DNA of 60,043 nucleotides, counting the filler. It is 5 parts of 5 records of this genome, joined end to end, with 100 filler letters (N's around TTAATTAATTAA, not from the genome) between each part and the next. Parts side by side here need not be neighbours in the genome. Positions count along the whole stretch, not along the records: positions 1 to 31,583 come from SRR31147125_2294; positions 31,684 to 41,056 come from SRR31147125_2354; 3 more parts are not named here. One strand, written 5' to 3'. The position numbers and the translations under genes were made by a program. Under the pieces are notes generated by a model. The model was not told where the DNA came from. It searched no databases and was given only the letters and a program-made list of their open reading frames with translations. Below, piece by piece: positions 21,067 through 33,023 of this stretch. How positions within the stretch are numbered: the stretch's first letter is position 1; the number at the start of each line of letters is the position of its first letter.

Positions 21067-24000
21067 TGGCTAAAGAAAAATTAACACTACGTGTTGAATC
21101 TTTAAAACTATCAGAAGATGCACTTAATAATTTGAAACTCTCAGGTATTGATCAATTAGAAGACTTTAATACATTTAATTTAAAAGAATTACAAATGCTA
21201 TTGGCAGAAAGTTTTGATGAAATCGCCAGTGTCCTACGTCGTTATTCACTGCCACGTTCACTTCAAAACTTAAACTTAAGTGATGAAACAGTATCCATTT
21301 TAAATCAAGCGGGTATGCAAAACTTAGTTGAATTCTTAGCATTTGATAGACATGCACTATTTCATATGTTTGAAGATGATGCTTTATTACTTCAAGAAGT
21401 TAATCATGTATTAGAATTTTATGGTTATGACCATTTAGTAGAACATGCTCATGAACACACTGATGAAGTTGTAGAAACAGTTGAAGCAGAAGTTGTTCAA
21501 GGTGAAAGTGCACTTGATATGGATATATCAAATCGTATTCATAAAGATATTGGTTCACAGAAAAAAGGTTATGGTAGTCGTACATTCTCACATTTTAAAA
21601 TAAGATTAGCATCACCAGATGAAATTAGACAATGGTCTTATGGTGAAGTTAAAACACATGAAACTATTAACTATCGTACATCTAAACCAGAAATCGGTGG
21701 ATTATTCTGTGAAAGAATCTTTGGACCTACAAGAGATTATCAATGTGCTTGTGGTAAAAAACAAAGTGGAAATAAAGGCCAAATTTGTCAAAAATGTGGT
21801 ATTGAAATTACTGAATCAAAAGTACGTAGAGAACGTATGGGACATATCGAGTTAGAAGCACCTGTTGTGCATACTTGGTATTTAAAAAACTCACCTTCAC
21901 GCTTAGCGATATTACTTGGTATTAAAGCTAAAGCATTAGAAGAAGTCGTTTATCATGCATCTTACATCGTCACAGATCCTGGTACTGCACCACTTGCTAA
22001 AAAACAAATCTTGTCAGAACAAGATTACTCCATGTTAACTGAAAAATATTGGAAAAAATTTACAGCACTTACAGGCGCTGAAGCTGTGAAGAGATTATTA
22101 CAAGAATTAAATTTAGATAAAGAAGTTAAATCACTAAGACGTAAACTTAAAACATCATCGAAACAAAAACGTGATCGTATTATTAAACGTTTAGAAGTTG
22201 TTGAAGCATTTAACAACTCTGATAATAAACCTGAGTGGATGGTTATGGATGTTATTCCAGTTATTCCACCAGATTTAAGACCGATGGTTGCACTTGATGG
22301 TGGACGATTTGCGACAACTGATTTAAATGACTTATATCGTCGTATTCTAAATCGTAATAACCGTTTGAAAAAACAAAAAGAACAATTTGCACCAAGACTG
22401 ATTACCAAAAATGAAAAACGTATGCTTCAAGAAGCGGTAGATGCATTATTTGATAATGCAAAACGTGGTAAAAAAGCAGCGGTTGAACGTAACCGTCACT
22501 TAAAATCATTATCTGATATGTTACGTGGTAAACAAGGTCGCTTTAGACAAAACCTTCTTGGTAAACGTGTTGATTACTCTGCACGTTCAGTTATTATCGT
22601 TGGTCCAGACTTAGAAATGTATCAATGTGGTATCCCAAGAGAAATGGCGATTACATTATTTAAACCATTTGTACTTAGAGAATTACAACGTATGTCAGGC
22701 CAAGAAAATGCATCTAAGAAAAATGCAAATGCAAAATACGAAAGAATGGATGATGATGTTTGGGCAGCACTTGAAAAAGTGATTAAAGAACATCCAGTGT
22801 TACTTAACCGTGCACCTACACTTCATAGATTAGGTATTCAAGCATTTGAACCTAAACTTATTGATGGTAAAGCGATTAGACTTCATCCTCTTGTTACACC
22901 TGCATTTAATGCTGATTTTGATGGTGACCAAATGGCTGTCCATTTACCATTATCAAACGAAGCACAAGCAGAAGCAAGACTTTTAATGTTAGCATCTAAT
23001 AATATCTTGAACCCTAAAGATGGTAAACCAGTTGTTACACCATCACAGGATATGGTTTTAGGTAATTATTATTTAACGATTGAAGAAAAACTTGGTAAAA
23101 CATTTAATGGATATCGTGCTGAAATTAAAACTGAAGAATATGCACATAAAAATCGTAATGAAGGTCATTTCTTCTTTGATTTTGAAGAAGCGAACCTCGC
23201 TTTTGAACATGGAGAAATTGGCTTACATACTAGAATTATCATTGATCCAAATAGTATTTCACAAGCATTTACTGAGGAACAAAAAAATAAATATTTAGTG
23301 ACAACACTTGGTAAATTGATTTTTAATAGAATTTTACCTGAGTCATTCCCTTACTTAAATGAACCAACAGTGACTAACTTAGAGGTTCAAACACCTGATA
23401 AGTATTTTATGCCTAAAGGGACGAATCCAAAAGATTTCTTAAAAGATCTTGAAGTGCCATCACCATTTAAGAAAAAATTCTTATCACAAATTATTGCACA
23501 AGTCTTTAAACAACTACACATTTCAGAAACATCTAAGATGTTAGATAGATTAAAAGACTTAGGATTTAAATATTCAACTGTTGCAGGGATTACTGTATCA
23601 TTTGCTGATATTAATGTTTATTCAGGTAAACATGATCGTATCGAAAAAGCAAATGAAAAAATCGACCAAATTAATAATTGGTATGATGAAGGTTGGTTAA
23701 CTGCAAAAGAACGTAAAGAACACATTATTAAAGAATGGCAAGTTGCTCGTGATGATATTCAAGTTGGCTTAATGGCTGAATTTGATAAAGACAACAACAT
23801 TTATATGATGAGTGATTCTGGTGCCCGTGGTAATGCCTCAAACTTCTCACAGCTTGCAGGTATGCGTGGTCTGATGAATAACCCTAAAGGTGAAATTATC
23901 GAAGTACCAGTTCAAGCGTCATTTAGAGAAGGTCTTACAGTGTCAGAATTCTTTATCTCTACCCATGGGGCGAGAAAAGGTTCTACAGATACAGCGTTAA

Positions 24001-25247
24001 AAACTGCTGAATCAGGATACTTAACAAGAAGATTAGTTGATGTTTCACAAGATGTGATTGTCGTTGAAGAAGATTGTGGTACTGAACGTGGTGTATTGAT
24101 GACTTCAGTTGTTGAAGATGGAACAAAAGTGATTGTCCCATTATATGATAGAATTGTCGGTCGTCATGCAAGTAAAGATGTGATTGATCCTAAAACTAAA
24201 GAAGTATATGCTAAGCGCAATGATTTAATTACCGAAGAAATGGGTACTAAAATTATTAATGCTGGTATCACTGAAGTAGAAATTAGATCAAACTTAACAT
24301 GTAACTCTGAAAATGGTGTTTGTGCTCATTGCTATGGTAGAAACCTTGCAACAAACAAACCTGTTGAAGTCGGAGAAGCTGTTGGGGTTGTCGCTGCACA
24401 ATCAATTGGTGAACCTGGTACTCAGTTAACCATGCGTACATTCCATACCGGTGGTGTGGCATCTGCATCAGACATCACACAAGGTCTTCCACGTATTCAA
24501 GAGTTATTTGAAGCGAGAAACCCTAAAGGTAAAGCAGTACTTTCAGAAGTTGATGGAAAAGTGAAATCAATTGAACGTCAACGTGGTGGATTATCTATTG
24601 TTACTGTTGTTGATCAAGACAATAAAGATTATAAATACACCATTGATGCAAACGTTGAATCATTAGTAAGAAAAAATGCAAGAGTAAAAGCTGGTCAACG
24701 ATTAACACTTGGTTCTATTAACCCTAAAGAGTTACTTAGAATTGTGTCAGTTGATGCTGCTCAAACTTATATTTTAGAAGAAGTTCAAAAAGTTTATCGT
24801 GCTCAAGGTGTTGAGATTAGTGATAAGCATATCGAATTGATTATCCGTCAAATGTTAAGAAGAATCTCAGTCATTACTGTTGGTGATACAAACTTATTAC
24901 CTGGTACTGAAGTTTCTGTAACAGAATTTAAACGTGAAAACTATAAAGCATTTGCTGCTGGCAAACGTCCTGCTGTTGGTAGACCTATCTTATTAGGTAT
25001 TACAAGAGCATCACTTAGAAGTGATTCATTCTTATCTGCTGCGTCATTCCAAGAAACAACTAGAATCTTGACAGATGCTGCGATTAGAGGTAAAGTTGAT
25101 GAATTACATGGCTTAAAAGAAAATGTTATTATTGGTGGATTAATTCCTGCTGGTACTGGTATTTTACGTGATAAAGTCTTTGAATATGATCGTTCTAACA
25201 CTTATAGTGAAGAAGAAGATGATTCAATGGAAGATTACGGATTTTAA
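21066..25247 (+). CDS. rpoC: DNA-directed RNA polymerase subunit beta' with an N-terminal extension of about 170 aa
   Basis: NADFDGDQM catalytic motif, [10 protein letters not shown], Zn finger, [13 protein letters not shown]. Confidence 0.99.
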   Translation: MAKEKLTLRVESLKLSEDALNNLKLSGIDQLEDFNTFNLKELQMLLAESFDEIASVLRRYSLPRSLQNLNLSDETVSILNQAGMQNLVEFLAFDRHALFHMFEDDALLLQEVNHVLEFYGYDHLVEHAHEHTDEVVETVEAEVVQGESALDMDISNRIHKDIGSQKKGYGSRTFSHFKIRLASPDEIRQWSYGEVKTHETINYRTSKPEIGGLFCERIFGPTRDYQCACGKKQSGNKGQICQKCGIEITESKVRRERMGHIELEAPVVHTWYLKNSPSRLAILLGIKAKALEEVVYHASYIVTDPGTAPLAKKQILSEQDYSMLTEKYWKKFTALTGAEAVKRLLQELNLDKEVKSLRRKLKTSSKQKRDRIIKRLEVVEAFNNSDNKPEWMVMDVIPVIPPDLRPMVALDGGRFATTDLNDLYRRILNRNNRLKKQKEQFAPRLITKNEKRMLQEAVDALFDNAKRGKKAAVERNRHLKSLSDMLRGKQGRFRQNLLGKRVDYSARSVIIVGPDLEMYQCGIPREMAITLFKPFVLRELQRMSGQENASKKNANAKYERMDDDVWAALEKVIKEHPVLLNRAPTLHRLGIQAFEPKLIDGKAIRLHPLVTPAFNADFDGDQMAVHLPLSNEAQAEARLLMLASNNILNPKDGKPVVTPSQDMVLGNYYLTIEEKLGKTFNGYRAEIKTEEYAHKNRNEGHFFFDFEEANLAFEHGEIGLHTRIIIDPNSISQAFTEEQKNKYLVTTLGKLIFNRILPESFPYLNEPTVTNLEVQTPDKYFMPKGTNPKDFLKDLEVPSPFKKKFLSQIIAQVFKQLHISETSKMLDRLKDLGFKYSTVAGITVSFADINVYSGKHDRIEKANEKIDQINNWYDEGWLTAKERKEHIIKEWQVARDDIQVGLMAEFDKDNNIYMMSDSGARGNASNFSQLAGMRGLMNNPKGEIIEVPVQASFREGLTVSEFFISTHGARKGSTDTALKTAESGYLTRRLVDVSQDVIVVEEDCGTERGVLMTSVVEDGTKVIVPLYDRIVGRHASKDVIDPKTKEVYAKRNDLITEEMGTKIINAGITEVEIRSNLTCNSENGVCAHCYGRNLATNKPVEVGEAVGVVAAQSIGEPGTQLTMRTFHTGGVASASDITQGLPRIQELFEARNPKGKAVLSEVDGKVKSIERQRGGLSIVTVVDQDNKDYKYTIDANVESLVRKNARVKAGQRLTLGSINPKELLRIVSVDAAQTYILEEVQKVYRAQGVEISDKHIELIIRQMLRRISVITVGDTNLLPGTEVSVTEFKRENYKAFAAGKRPAVGRPILLGITRASLRSDSFLSAASFQETTRILTDAAIRGKVDELHGLKENVIIGGLIPAGTGILRDKVFEYDRSNTYSEEEDDSMEDYGF

Positions 25248-25278
25248 TTAATTTAAAAGTATTCATAGTTAAATGAAC

Positions 25279-25314
25279 AAAGTAGACACTTATATGTTTA
25301 GTGTCTACTTTTTT
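25279..25314 (+). terminator. Rho-independent terminator after rpoC
   Basis: AAAGTAGACACT/AGTGTCTACTTT stem followed by a T-tract. Confidence 0.85.
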
Positions 25315-25438
25315 ATGTACAAAATCATACATGATAGACGAAATATCTTATCATCATAAATCTATATATTATAAAGGTTATTATAAGTTTTTGATATATA
25401 GTGTTATAATAGATATGATATAAAATAAAGGGGTTTTT

Positions 25439-26320
25439 ATGATGAAAAAAGTTGTTGTAGTTGGTGGTGCTGTACTTGATGTATTTGCATATCCTCATGA
25501 TACATTTATTTTAAATGATTCTAATCCAGGCTATTTAAAAACATCATTAGGTGGTGTGGCTAGAAATATTGCAGAAAACCTTGCAAGACTAGGTGTTGAC
25601 ACAACGCTTGTCACAATGCTTGGTAAAGATGAAGGTAAAAAACTCATTATGCAAAATGCACAAGAAGTGATGTTAAAACTTTCAGCGATACCAGCAATGA
25701 AGACACCGACATATTTAGCTATTTTAAACGAAGATAATGAAATGGTTGCAGCAGTTGCTGATATGGATGAAATTGAACTATTATCAAAAGAACATATTAA
25801 GAAACGTGATGTGATATTTCAAAATGCTGATTATGTCATTCTAGATACTAATTTAAATCCTGATACATTACAATACATATTTAAGACTTATCAAAAAGAG
25901 TTTTATATGGATGTGATTTCTTGTAAAAAAGCTGAAAAGATTAAACCTTTTTATCGTTTCATTCATGGCTTAAAACTAAACATATTAGAAGCAAAACACT
26001 TAAGTGGTATTGATACAGATGATGAAGAAGTACTTGCCAAATACTTTTTATCACAAGGTGTTAAAGAAGTTTATTTAACACTTGGACAAAAAGGTTCGAT
26101 TTACATGTCCAAACAAGAAGTTGTTAGAACACCATCACATGATGTTGAAATTAAAAATACTGCAGGTGCAGGCGATGCCTTTTTAGCAGGTATTATTTAT
26201 GGGAAAATTAATGGACTGGATTTACTTTCGTGTGCACAAAAAGCAGCAGAAGTGACATTACAATCTAAAAAAGCAGTAAGTGAAGACATGTGTGAACATA
26301 AAATTGAGGAAGCGTTATGA
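25439..26320 (+). CDS. psuK: PfkB-family kinase, probably pseudouridine kinase
   Basis: SNPG, GGVARNIAENLARLG, GAGDAF; overlaps psuG. Confidence 0.8.
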   Translation: MMKKVVVVGGAVLDVFAYPHDTFILNDSNPGYLKTSLGGVARNIAENLARLGVDTTLVTMLGKDEGKKLIMQNAQEVMLKLSAIPAMKTPTYLAILNEDNEMVAAVADMDEIELLSKEHIKKRDVIFQNADYVILDTNLNPDTLQYIFKTYQKEFYMDVISCKKAEKIKPFYRFIHGLKLNILEAKHLSGIDTDDEEVLAKYFLSQGVKEVYLTLGQKGSIYMSKQEVVRTPSHDVEIKNTAGAGDAFLAGIIYGKINGLDLLSCAQKAAEVTLQSKKAVSEDMCEHKIEEAL

Positions 26321-27225
26321 TGTATATAGATATTGATCCAAACATAGAACAAGCGATTAAAGAAAATATGCCAGTGGTTGCATTAGAATCAACCATTATT
26401 TCCCATGGTATGCCATATCCACAAAATGTGGAAATGGCAAGAAAAGTAGAATCACTTATTAAAAGTGAAGGTGCTATACCTGCAACAATCGCCATTATCA
26501 AAGGTCGTATTAAAGTAGGTTTATCAGATAATGAATTATTGTATTTATCACAAGCTAAAGATGTTGTTAAAGTTAGTAAAAGAGATTTTGGTTATGTCTT
26601 ATCTCAAGGCTTAACAGGTGCTACAACTGTATCAGCAACGATGCTTGTTTCTAAAATGGCAGGCATTAAAGTGTTTGCAACTGGTGGTATTGGTGGTGTA
26701 CATCGTGGTGCACAACAAACTTTTGATATTTCAAGAGATTTAGAAGAACTTGCAACCCAAGAAGTATGTGTGGTATGCGCGGGTGCTAAATCAATTCTTG
26801 ACCTTGGATTAACCAAAGAATTCTTAGAAACAAAAGGCGTTGAACTGCTTGGTTATCAAACCAAAGAACTTCCTGCTTTTTACACAAGAGAAAGTGGATT
26901 TGAGGTTGATTATCAAATGGATAGTCCTGAAGATATCGCAAAACTCATGAAAGCGAAATGGGGACTTGGTTTATCTGGTGGTATGGTTGTCGCAAACCCT
27001 ATTCCTAAAGCTTTTAGTCAAGATAAAGAAAAGATGGATGAAGTCATCCAAATTGCTTTAGATCAATGCGATGCTTTAGGCATTAAAGGAAAAGATACAA
27101 CACCATTCTTATTAGATTATATTAAAACTTATACAAAAGGCGATAGTTTAAATGCAAATTTAGAACTCGTTTATCATAATGCGAAATTAGCAGCTCAAAT
27201 TGCTATTTTCTATCACAAATCATAA
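26317..27225 (+). CDS. psuG: Pseudouridine-5'-phosphate glycosidase
   Basis: VVALESTIISHGMPYPQN, ATGGIGGVHRG, TPFLL. Confidence 0.95.
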   Translation: MMYIDIDPNIEQAIKENMPVVALESTIISHGMPYPQNVEMARKVESLIKSEGAIPATIAIIKGRIKVGLSDNELLYLSQAKDVVKVSKRDFGYVLSQGLTGATTVSATMLVSKMAGIKVFATGGIGGVHRGAQQTFDISRDLEELATQEVCVVCAGAKSILDLGLTKEFLETKGVELLGYQTKELPAFYTRESGFEVDYQMDSPEDIAKLMKAKWGLGLSGGMVVANPIPKAFSQDKEKMDEVIQIALDQCDALGIKGKDTTPFLLDYIKTYTKGDSLNANLELVYHNAKLAAQIAIFYHKS

Positions 27226-27278
27226 AATCAGCATACGCTGATTTTTTTATACATCATGCGCAATAAGTGGATAAACTA

Positions 27279-27307
27279 TTGACTTACATATATTCCTAAG
27301 ATATCAT
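27279..27307 (+). promoter_or_regulatory. Promoter of the SPT-like/SDR operon
   Basis: TTGACT-N17-TATCAT, just downstream of the psuG terminator. Confidence 0.6.
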
Positions 27308-27352
27308 ATGAGATAGTAACGTATAAAAATCGATTAAAAACAGAGGGACACT

Positions 27353-28540
27353 ATGGATTTATTTAAAAAATGTGATTTGTTTAAAACAGCAAAAATCGCA
27401 AAAGAACAAGGGTTATACCCGTATTTTCATGTCTTAGAATCTAAACAAGATACAGTTGTTGAGATGGAAGGCAAACGTATGATCATGATTGGATCAAATA
27501 ATTATTTAGGACTTGCATCACATCCAGATGTCATTCAAGCAAGTCTCAACGCGACAAGTGAATTTGGTACAGGTGTTTCTGGCTCACGCTTTTTAAATGG
27601 AACACTTGAATTACATAAAACATTTGAAAAAGAAATGGCTGAATTTTTAAATAAAGAAGATGTTTCTATTTTCTCTACAGGATTTCAATCAAATTTAGGT
27701 ATTATTTCAGCAATTGCCGGAAGAAATGATATTATTTTTTCAGATAAAGAAAATCATGCAAGTATTTATGATGCAGTACGTTTAAGTTTTGCAGATGTGG
27801 TAAGATTTAAACATAGCGATATGAAAGATTTAGAGAAAAAAATAGCTGCTGCAAATCCTAAAAAAGGATTTCTAATTGTCACTGATGGTGTTTTTTCTAT
27901 GAGTGGTGATATTGCTAAGTTACCTGATATTGTTCGTATTGCTAAAAAATATGGTGCTAAAGTGATGGTTGATGATGCACATGGATTAGGTGTGTTAGGT
28001 GAACATGGTCGTGGTACAGCTGAACATTTTGGTTTAGAAGATGAAGTTGATTTAATTATGGGGACTTTTTCTAAATCTCTTGGATCACTTGGAGGTTATG
28101 TTGCTGGTGATCATCGTGTTGTTGATTTTATAAGACATACATCAAGACCATATATATTTTCTGCTGCAGTTCCTGCTGGTAATGTAGCATCTGCACTAGC
28201 TGCACTACGTATACTTAAAAAAGAAACACATAGGGTTTCTGATTTAAATGATATAGCAGACTATATGAGAGAAGCACTTGTTAAAAGAGGATTAGAAATA
28301 AAATCATCAAAAACCCCGATTATTCCAATTTATACATATATGCCAGCAAAAACAATGCTTGCATGCAATATGTTATTTGAACGCGGTGTTTATGTCAATC
28401 CAGTTTTACCACCTGCAACACCTATAGGAGAATGTTTAATAAGAACAAGTTATACATCTACACATACAAAAGAACAAATGGATGAGGCCGCTGATAAAAT
28501 TGCAGAGGTTTTGAATCTATTAAAGGATATGAATGAATAA
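27353..28540 (+). CDS. PLP-dependent alpha-oxoamine synthase, serine palmitoyltransferase-like
   Basis: GLYPYF, GSNNYLGL, GSRFLNGT, HASI.D, DDAHG, LIMGTFSKS (PLP lysine). Confidence 0.8.
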   Translation: MDLFKKCDLFKTAKIAKEQGLYPYFHVLESKQDTVVEMEGKRMIMIGSNNYLGLASHPDVIQASLNATSEFGTGVSGSRFLNGTLELHKTFEKEMAEFLNKEDVSIFSTGFQSNLGIISAIAGRNDIIFSDKENHASIYDAVRLSFADVVRFKHSDMKDLEKKIAAANPKKGFLIVTDGVFSMSGDIAKLPDIVRIAKKYGAKVMVDDAHGLGVLGEHGRGTAEHFGLEDEVDLIMGTFSKSLGSLGGYVAGDHRVVDFIRHTSRPYIFSAAVPAGNVASALAALRILKKETHRVSDLNDIADYMREALVKRGLEIKSSKTPIIPIYTYMPAKTMLACNMLFERGVYVNPVLPPATPIGECLIRTSYTSTHTKEQMDEAADKIAEVLNLLKDMNE

Positions 28541-29337
28541 TGCATAAAGTCGTAGTGATAACAGGAGTCTCTAGCGGCATTGGGTTAGAAGTCGCACAGC
28601 TTCTTAGCAAACAATCATATAAGGTTTATGGCTTTTCTCGTCGAAAAGTTGATACTAAAGATTTTTTTAGTATGCAAGTTGATATTACAAAAAATGATCA
28701 AATTGAAAAAGCAATCAAACATCTTATAGAAAAAGAATCAAAAATTGATATTATGATTAATAATGCTGGCATGGGCATTAGTGGTAGTGTTGAATCAACA
28801 AGCGACCATGATATTAGTCATATTTTAGATGTAAATTTTATAGGACTTCATCATATGATTGTTCATAGTCTGCCTTATCTAAGAGAAACAAAAGGGAAAA
28901 TTATTAATGTTGGATCAGTAGCCGGACCACTAGCGATACCTTTTCAAACATTTTATAGTGCATCTAAAGCTGCAGTTCAAACTTATACAGAAGCACTATT
29001 CATTGAATTAAAACCATTAGGTATTCAAGTGTGCACAGTACTTCCAGGAGATATAAAAACTGAGTTTACAAAAAACAGAAAAAAACAAGCCAGAATTAGA
29101 AATTTATGAAAAAAGAGTATTAAAATCTATTGGTGTCATGGAAAAAGATGAGCAAAATGGTATGGATGTATCTTATGCAGCAAAAGTGTTTTTAAAACTA
29201 TGCAACAAAAGAAAATGCCACTTCATAAAACAATAGGTTTTAAATATAAAGTATTTATCTTTCTTAATAAAATACTGCCTAAGCGACTTGTTGTATATAT
29301 TATTTCAAAATTATATGGATTCACGCATGAAAGATAA
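28540..29337 (+). CDS. SDR oxidoreductase (two apparent homopolymer frameshifts near 29085 and 29213)
   Basis: TGVSSGIG, NNAG, YSASK; adding one A at each A-run extends the frame to TAA at 29337, where a terminator hairpin follows. Confidence 0.8.
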
Positions 29338-29409
29338 TCTATAGATATAGATTATTTTTTTATTCTTGTTTATATGATAAAATAATAAATAAAAACTAAG
29401 GAGATAAGT

Positions 29410-31212
29410 ATGAAAAAACAATTACCAAAACGATCAGAAGTCAATCAAGCACATACATGGGATATTAATCATTTATTTGCGACTGAAGCAGATTATAACA
29501 AAGAAGTTGATCAAATACTTCAATTAGTTGATGCATTTGTAGTATCTTATGAAGGGAAACTTAATGATGCAAAAATCATTAATCAAGCACTTGATGAACT
29601 AAGATCACTTCAGATGAGAATGGTTGTGGCATCTGCATATCAACAACTTCAAATGTCTACAGACTCAACAGATGAAGCAAATCAAATGAGAAGTGGCATG
29701 TTTATGCATAAATTTCAAAGCGTAAGCGAAAAAATGGCGTTTTTTGATATTGAACTAAATAAATGTAACGATAAAGTCTTAAAAGAAGTGCAAAACTTAT
29801 CAAAAGAAAACGAAGGATATATTGATGATGTGCTAAGACAAAAACCACATGCACTATCCGATGAAGCAACCAAGACACTAGTTGCACTTTCTCAAACTTT
29901 AAATGCTGCATATCCTAATTATCAAAGATTTAAACTTGCTGATATGAGATTTCCAGATTTTGAAGTTGATGGAAAGAAACATCCCAATTCATTTACACTT
30001 TTTGAAAATGAATGGCAAACAGAAAAAGATACATTCCTTAGAAGAAAAGCTTATCAATCATTTTATGATGTGCTTAGTCAATATCAAAATGGGCTTGCCA
30101 ATAATTACCAATCACATGTATTAAAAGAAAAAGCACTATCTAAATTAAAAGGCTTTGATTCAGTTTTTGATTATTTATTATTTAATCAAAAAGTTGATCG
30201 TGCGATGATGGACCGTCAAATTGATGTCATTATGACAGAACTAGCGCCAGCGATGAGAAAATATGCAAAACTCATCAAAGACATCCACCATTTAGATAAA
30301 ATGACATATGCTGATTTAAAAATCGCGATTGATCCTACTTATGAACCTAAAGTGTCGATTGAAGATGCTAAAGGATACATATTAGATGGTCTTGCAAAAC
30401 TTGGCCCAGAGTATTTAGATATTGCAAGACGTTCATTTGATGAAAGATGGACTGATTTTCCTCAAAATGTTGGTAAATCAACAGGAGGCTTTTGCTCATC
30501 TCCATATGGTAAAAACTCATACATTTTATTAAATTGGAATGGCCAAATGGATGAAACAATGGTATTAGCTCATGAAATTGGACATGCTGGACATTTCCAA
30601 TATGCCAATAGCAATCAAAATATTTTTAATACAAGACCATCCATGTATTTCATTGAAGCACCATCAACAACGAATGAATTGATTATGGCTAAACATTTAA
30701 TTGAAAAAAATAGCGATCCAAGACTAAAACGATGGATTTTATCTGTCATGATTTCAAGAACTTATTATCATAACTTCGTCACACATTTATTAGAAGCTGC
30801 TTTCCAAAGAGAAGTTTATGAAAAAGTAGATAAAGGTGAACCTTTATCAGCAAGTATTTTAAACAACTTAAAACTCGGAGTGATTAAGAAGTTTTGGGGA
30901 GATGATGTTGAAATCCCTGACTATGCAGGTCTAACTTGGATGAGACAACCACATTATTTCATGGGGTTATACCCTTATACATATTCAGCAGGTTTAACTG
31001 TCGGAACAGTTGTTGCTGATCAAATATATAAAGGTGAACTTGATCCAAATGATTGGATAGAAGTATTAAAAGCAGGTGGCACTAAAAAACCGCTTGATCT
31101 AGCAAAAATGGTGGGTGTTGATCTATCAACAGATAAACCATTGAAAGATGCGATTAAATTTATTAGTGATACGATTGATGAAATAGAAGCAATTACAAAA
31201 ACATTAGCATAG
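29410..31212 (+). CDS. pepF: Oligoendopeptidase F (peptidase family M3B)
   Basis: HEIGHAGH zinc motif, EAPST, WMRQPHYF. Confidence 0.92.
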   Translation: MKKQLPKRSEVNQAHTWDINHLFATEADYNKEVDQILQLVDAFVVSYEGKLNDAKIINQALDELRSLQMRMVVASAYQQLQMSTDSTDEANQMRSGMFMHKFQSVSEKMAFFDIELNKCNDKVLKEVQNLSKENEGYIDDVLRQKPHALSDEATKTLVALSQTLNAAYPNYQRFKLADMRFPDFEVDGKKHPNSFTLFENEWQTEKDTFLRRKAYQSFYDVLSQYQNGLANNYQSHVLKEKALSKLKGFDSVFDYLLFNQKVDRAMMDRQIDVIMTELAPAMRKYAKLIKDIHHLDKMTYADLKIAIDPTYEPKVSIEDAKGYILDGLAKLGPEYLDIARRSFDERWTDFPQNVGKSTGGFCSSPYGKNSYILLNWNGQMDETMVLAHEIGHAGHFQYANSNQNIFNTRPSMYFIEAPSTTNELIMAKHLIEKNSDPRLKRWILSVMISRTYYHNFVTHLLEAAFQREVYEKVDKGEPLSASILNNLKLGVIKKFWGDDVEIPDYAGLTWMRQPHYFMGLYPYTYSAGLTVGTVVADQIYKGELDPNDWIEVLKAGGTKKPLDLAKMVGVDLSTDKPLKDAIKFISDTIDEIEAITKTLA

Positions 31213-31218
31213 AAAGTT

Positions 31219-31250
31219 AGAATCACACAATATTTGTGTGATTCTTTTTT
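31219..31250 (+). terminator. Rho-independent terminator after pepF
   Basis: AGAATCACACAA/TTGTGTGATTCT stem followed by a T-tract. Confidence 0.85.
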
Positions 31251-31283
31251 ACATCATTTTGACAAAAAAACAAGCAAAAAACA

Positions 31284-31312
31284 TTGACATTTAAACACCT
31301 TTCATATATAAT
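31284..31312 (+). promoter_or_regulatory. Consensus promoter of the str operon
   Basis: TTGACA-N17-TATAAT. Confidence 0.85.
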
Positions 31313-31433
31313 AATAACGTTGTGTGAATTTCACACGTTACAAACAAAATAAACGGCTTAACAAAGCCAAAAATTTTTTAAGACTTAAAAATGAAACGCA
31401 TGGATATGTGTCTATAGAAAGGAGAACAAATAT

Positions 31434-31583
31434 ATGCCTACAATGCAACAACTCGTTAAAAAGGGAAGAACTAGTAAAAAATACAAGTCAAAATCACCTG
31501 CTTTAGGTTATGGTTACAATAGCTTACACAAAACTGAAAGTAACTACCCATCACCACAAAAACGTGGTGTATGTACACGTGTT
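31434..31583 (+). CDS. rpsL: 30S ribosomal protein S12 (partial, contig end)
   Basis: [22 protein letters not shown]. Confidence 0.95.
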
Positions 31584-31683
31584 NNNNNNNNNNNNNNNNN
31601 NNNNNNNNNNNNNNNNNNNNNNNNNNNTTAATTAATTAANNNNNNNNNNNNNNNNNNNNNNNNNNNNNNNNNNNNNNNNNNNN
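31584..31683. other. Artificial contig spacer
   Basis: N-run + TTAATTAATTAA (stops in all frames) + N-run. Confidence 0.98.
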
Positions 31684-31717
31684 GTTTTTGCATGTTGATT
31701 GTCGTCATGTTATCAGC
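31684..31717 (-). mobile_element. Left half of an attC-like recombination site, truncated by the contig end
   Basis: Right after the stop, the minus strand reads GCTGATAAC ATGACGACAATCAACATGCAAAAAC; the first 9 nt are near-complementary to GTTATCAAC upstream of the same gene. Confidence 0.45.
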
Positions 31718-33012
31718 TTATTGTTGATTTCTCTTTTGTAAATATTTATCTAACCCATCTATACATACAGTTCTAAACATTTCAAGGTTAATACCAAGAG
31801 TTTGTAAAATTCCATTCAAAAGTTGCCATTCTGGTTTTTTAGAGTCAAGTCTTAGCCCAACTTGGGTAGAAAAATTAGGAATATTTACTTCGTCTTTTAA
31901 AATAACAGGAAGACCGTATTTTTCAACAATATCAAAATATTCATTAGTATCAAAAAAAGGACTTTTCTCCACAAATTCGTTAGTTTAATTCTGGCAGTAA
32001 GAGAATCTTCAAAATAATTATTTTCTACTAAAAAATCTTTATAGAATTTTGTAATTCCAAAGAGTATTAAAAAGAATTCATATCCATTTAGTAATTTTAT
32101 AAAATCAATATTATCAACTCCAGAAAAATATTTTGAATCAATATTACTTTTGTCTAATAATGGAATAGGAATTAAGATTTTAATATTGCCATTTTCAAAT
32201 AATTCAACCATCATATCTATTTTTAGAGAATAATAATCTGAGAAATTATTTTTTAGTATATATGAAGACCATGAAGTTTGAATATTTTTAAATCGAAAAC
32301 TAACTCCTTGATTTGAAGAATTATCGAATAAAGCTTGTTTATTTCTTGCCTTTTGAATCAAATTGTCTAAAAATGTATTTGAATGAAAGTTTTCAAACTG
32401 GAAACTTTTATAATTAGTGTATAGATATATTTCAGCAAAGGTTTCGTTTTTATCTTCTTGATTTTCTGACATAATAAATGAATTTTTTGAGAATTCATCT
32501 AAATAATCTAAATATTTCTCACCTTTTTCAAAAAGTTTTTGAATTGAGTATCTGTCAGTTTCAGGAATTGGGTCGCTTCCAGCTTGAACTCTTCTATATA
32601 TTTTTCCATCTCTAGTTAAATAAGGTGGCTCAATTCCCTCTCTTATTTGAACTAGTAAAAATCCTACATCATCACTTTTTTCAATTAGTTTAATATCAAA
32701 ATTTGGGATAGGAGTAATGTTGCTCTTAATAATATCTCTCATTTTTTCAACAGGTTTTTGAATATTTTTTAAATCAAATCCAATTAAATCATTTTCATAC
32801 AAATTCTTTCCAACTCGATTTTCTTTAATTCCAATAATATAGTAACCTCCATTTGTATTAGCAAAAGAAGCAATTGACTTTGCAATTTTAGAGTTGTTTA
32901 AAAATTCTTGTTTGTACTCTATAAACCACCCTTCACTAATTTCTTTGAGAATATCTAAATCTTCAATATGAATTTTCTGGAGTTCTTTTTCAAATGGATT
33001 ATAATTAGTCAT
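31718..33012 (-). CDS. AlbA_2/Schlafen-like DNA-binding domain protein (apparent frameshift near 31965)
   Basis: EGWFIEYKQ, IAKSIASFANTNGGYYIIGI, PY..DGKIYRR; restoring one A joins ORFs 31897-33054 and 31718-31972. Confidence 0.8.
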
Positions 33013-33023
33013 GTTTCCTCCTT

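Noticed and set aside
25439-27225. psuK-psuG next to rpoC considered as a novel system
   Set aside because: This is the known pseudouridine catabolism pair, separated from rpoC by a terminator.
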